Part shown: piece by piece, positions 62,374 through 64,000 of the stretch
Layout: each line of letters starts with the position of its first letter
Position numbering within the stretch: the stretch's first letter is position 1
Assembly (NCBI GenBank): GCA_021613535.1
Contig: CP075492.1
Coordinates: 7,626,001 to 7,690,000, forward strand
Reading direction: 5' to 3'
Length of the DNA: 64,000 nucleotides
From: Adineta vaga
Taxonomy: Eukaryota; Animalia; Rotifera
Position numbers and translations under genes: made by a program
The notes under the pieces: model-generated
The model's database searches: none
Told to the model about the DNA's origin: nothing
Seen by the model: the letters and a program-made list of their open reading frames with translations, nothing else

Positions 62374-64000
62374 ATGACATCAACAAGTTTAAGTTTAACT
62401 ACAGATGCAATTGCTGTATGTTTGATAACTTTATTTGTTTTATTGAATATTTAAACAAACGATTTTTCTAGCAATATAAAAATGGAAATACTCAACAAAC
62501 AGCAATTGTTAAAATTACTGTAAATAGATGAATTTAGTTGAAAAGAAAAGCATGTTCTTCTTAATCTTTCAGAGTATACGACTGTGTGAAACTACAGCAA
62601 CAAGTAGTAGTGATACTGAACGTTATCGTCTATCCATTCATGATGGTCAAGATACATTCAATAGTTTGTTTCTTAAGATGTTCATGTAATGATTAAAAGA
62701 TGAACTTTCATTCTTGTTTAGGTTGTATATTATCACCTGAATTGAATAAACTGGTAAAAGAGAAACGTTTACAAGAAAATTCTATTGTTAGACTCGACAA
62801 AGTTGCACATGATTCTACAAGTACTGGAAAGTATGTTCAATTCTACAATTATGTCAATTAAATCTTTCATTATTCTATAGATCGTTTTTAGTTTTAATTG
62901 ATTTAACAATCTTACCTGAACCTTCCACGACAACTTCTAATAATAATACCAATAAACAAGGAACTACTAATATTTGTCCAATAGGAATGATTACACCTTA
63001 TTTAAATGGAATGTAAGTTCTTGTTATGTTCAAATGAAAGAAAGGTGTTTTTCATCCAATTTGATTTTCTATTAGATGGAAAATTCGTGCACGATGTTTT
63101 GCTAAAAGTGCTATTCGACCTCATCCTGTATGTAATTTTGATTTTCATGACGCTAGTGGTGAAATTCGTATAGTGGCATTTCGTGATGAATGTATGCGAT
63201 GGCATCCAATAATTGAAATTGGAAAAGTAAGTTGAAAAACACGAAGAAATGATAAACTTATAAAAATATATCTTTTCAGGTTTATGATATAATAGGTGTA
63301 CGAGTTAAAATGGCTGATAAACGATGGAATAGTCTTCATAATACATATGAATTAACACTAACAACAGGTTCAGTTATTCGTTTAATTGATGATCCGACTA
63401 TTAACGAAAGTATTCCTGATACACTCTTTAATTTTGTTCCACTTCGAGATATTTCTAAACACACGAATGAATCTTTTGTTGGTAAATTTCTTTTCTTGTC
63501 TTTTTCATTTAATTTCACATGATCTCTGTATTTAATGAAGATGTTATTGGAATTATTGACACCTGTTCAGATGCCATTCCATTTACCAATCGTACTTCTA
63601 ATAAAGATTCCAAACGTCGTGAAATTACTTTAATTGATGAAGACTCAAGTACTTCAATAACTCTATGGGATGATCAAGTAAGTTTATTTGAATGGAAATT
63701 TTTCAAAAAAGAATAATTGGATTGGTTTTAGGCAGAAAATTTCGATGAAGAATTGGCAGAAAATCATGCAGTCGTAGCATTTCGACGTATTCGAGTTGCC
63801 ATTTTTAATAACAGTAATACAAAGATAATAATAATAGTTCAAAGAAAGAAATTAAACTTTATTTTTTCATAGAATATAATCTATCTGGTCATAGAGATAT
63901 GATTATTAAAGTTAATCCTGATGTTCAAGAAGCAAAACATTTGAGAATATGGTACAACGCTGGTGGACGTGTAAAAAATAATCGGATAACAACAAATCGT
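62374..64000 (+). CDS. RPA1: Replication protein A 70 kDa subunit (RPA70N, DBD-A, DBD-B), multi-exon, runs off the window end
   Basis: LTTDAIA, ERYRLSIHDG, CPIGMITPY..GWKIRAR...KS.IR, D.SGEIR..AF, FNFVP, VDVIGI, KRREITLID, ITLW...AENF, NPDVQEAKHLRIWY. Confidence 0.92.

Noticed and set aside
63128-63156. GTATGT...TAG segment inside RPA1 that looks like an intron
   Set aside because: It is only 29 nt (frame-breaking and below local intron size), and it encodes FDFHDAS, which aligns with RPA70 DBD-A.

Overview
AT-rich, gene-dense eukaryotic DNA with many ~45-60 nt GT-AG introns. Gene content and compactness suggest a bdelloid rotifer (inference, no search run). About 25 protein-coding genes were reconstructed by hand across introns. 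The conserved ones are HAND bHLH, an SWSAP1-like gene, an SLC52 riboflavin transporter, two tandem SapA-GILT genes, PPOX, lysosomal alpha-glucosidase (GH31), SNX14, TOM1, an STRA6-like gene, a TEX33-like gene, CDV3, COX6A and RPA1 (cut by the window end). There are also three class-A GPCRs (one frameshifted), a quiver/Ly6-like gene and a C-type lectin-EGF membrane protein. Two intronless genes are horizontal-transfer candidates: a fungal YIM1-like MDR oxidoreductase and a META/HslJ-domain protein. A TE-rich accessory island at ~35.3-47.8 kb holds four notable items: (1) an F-box + LRR gene built from phase-0, 84-nt, one-repeat-per-exon cassettes; (2) an orphan LRR exon of the same phase 7.3 kb downstream; (3) a secreted GDPH/vWD(RGM-like)-jacalin chimera; (4) a tandem RING/TRAF zinc-finger gene. 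Several same-strand genes lie only 96-163 bp apart with a splice acceptor just before the ATG, which hints at operon-like trans-spliced units. Spliced-gene coordinates are outer CDS bounds read by eye.
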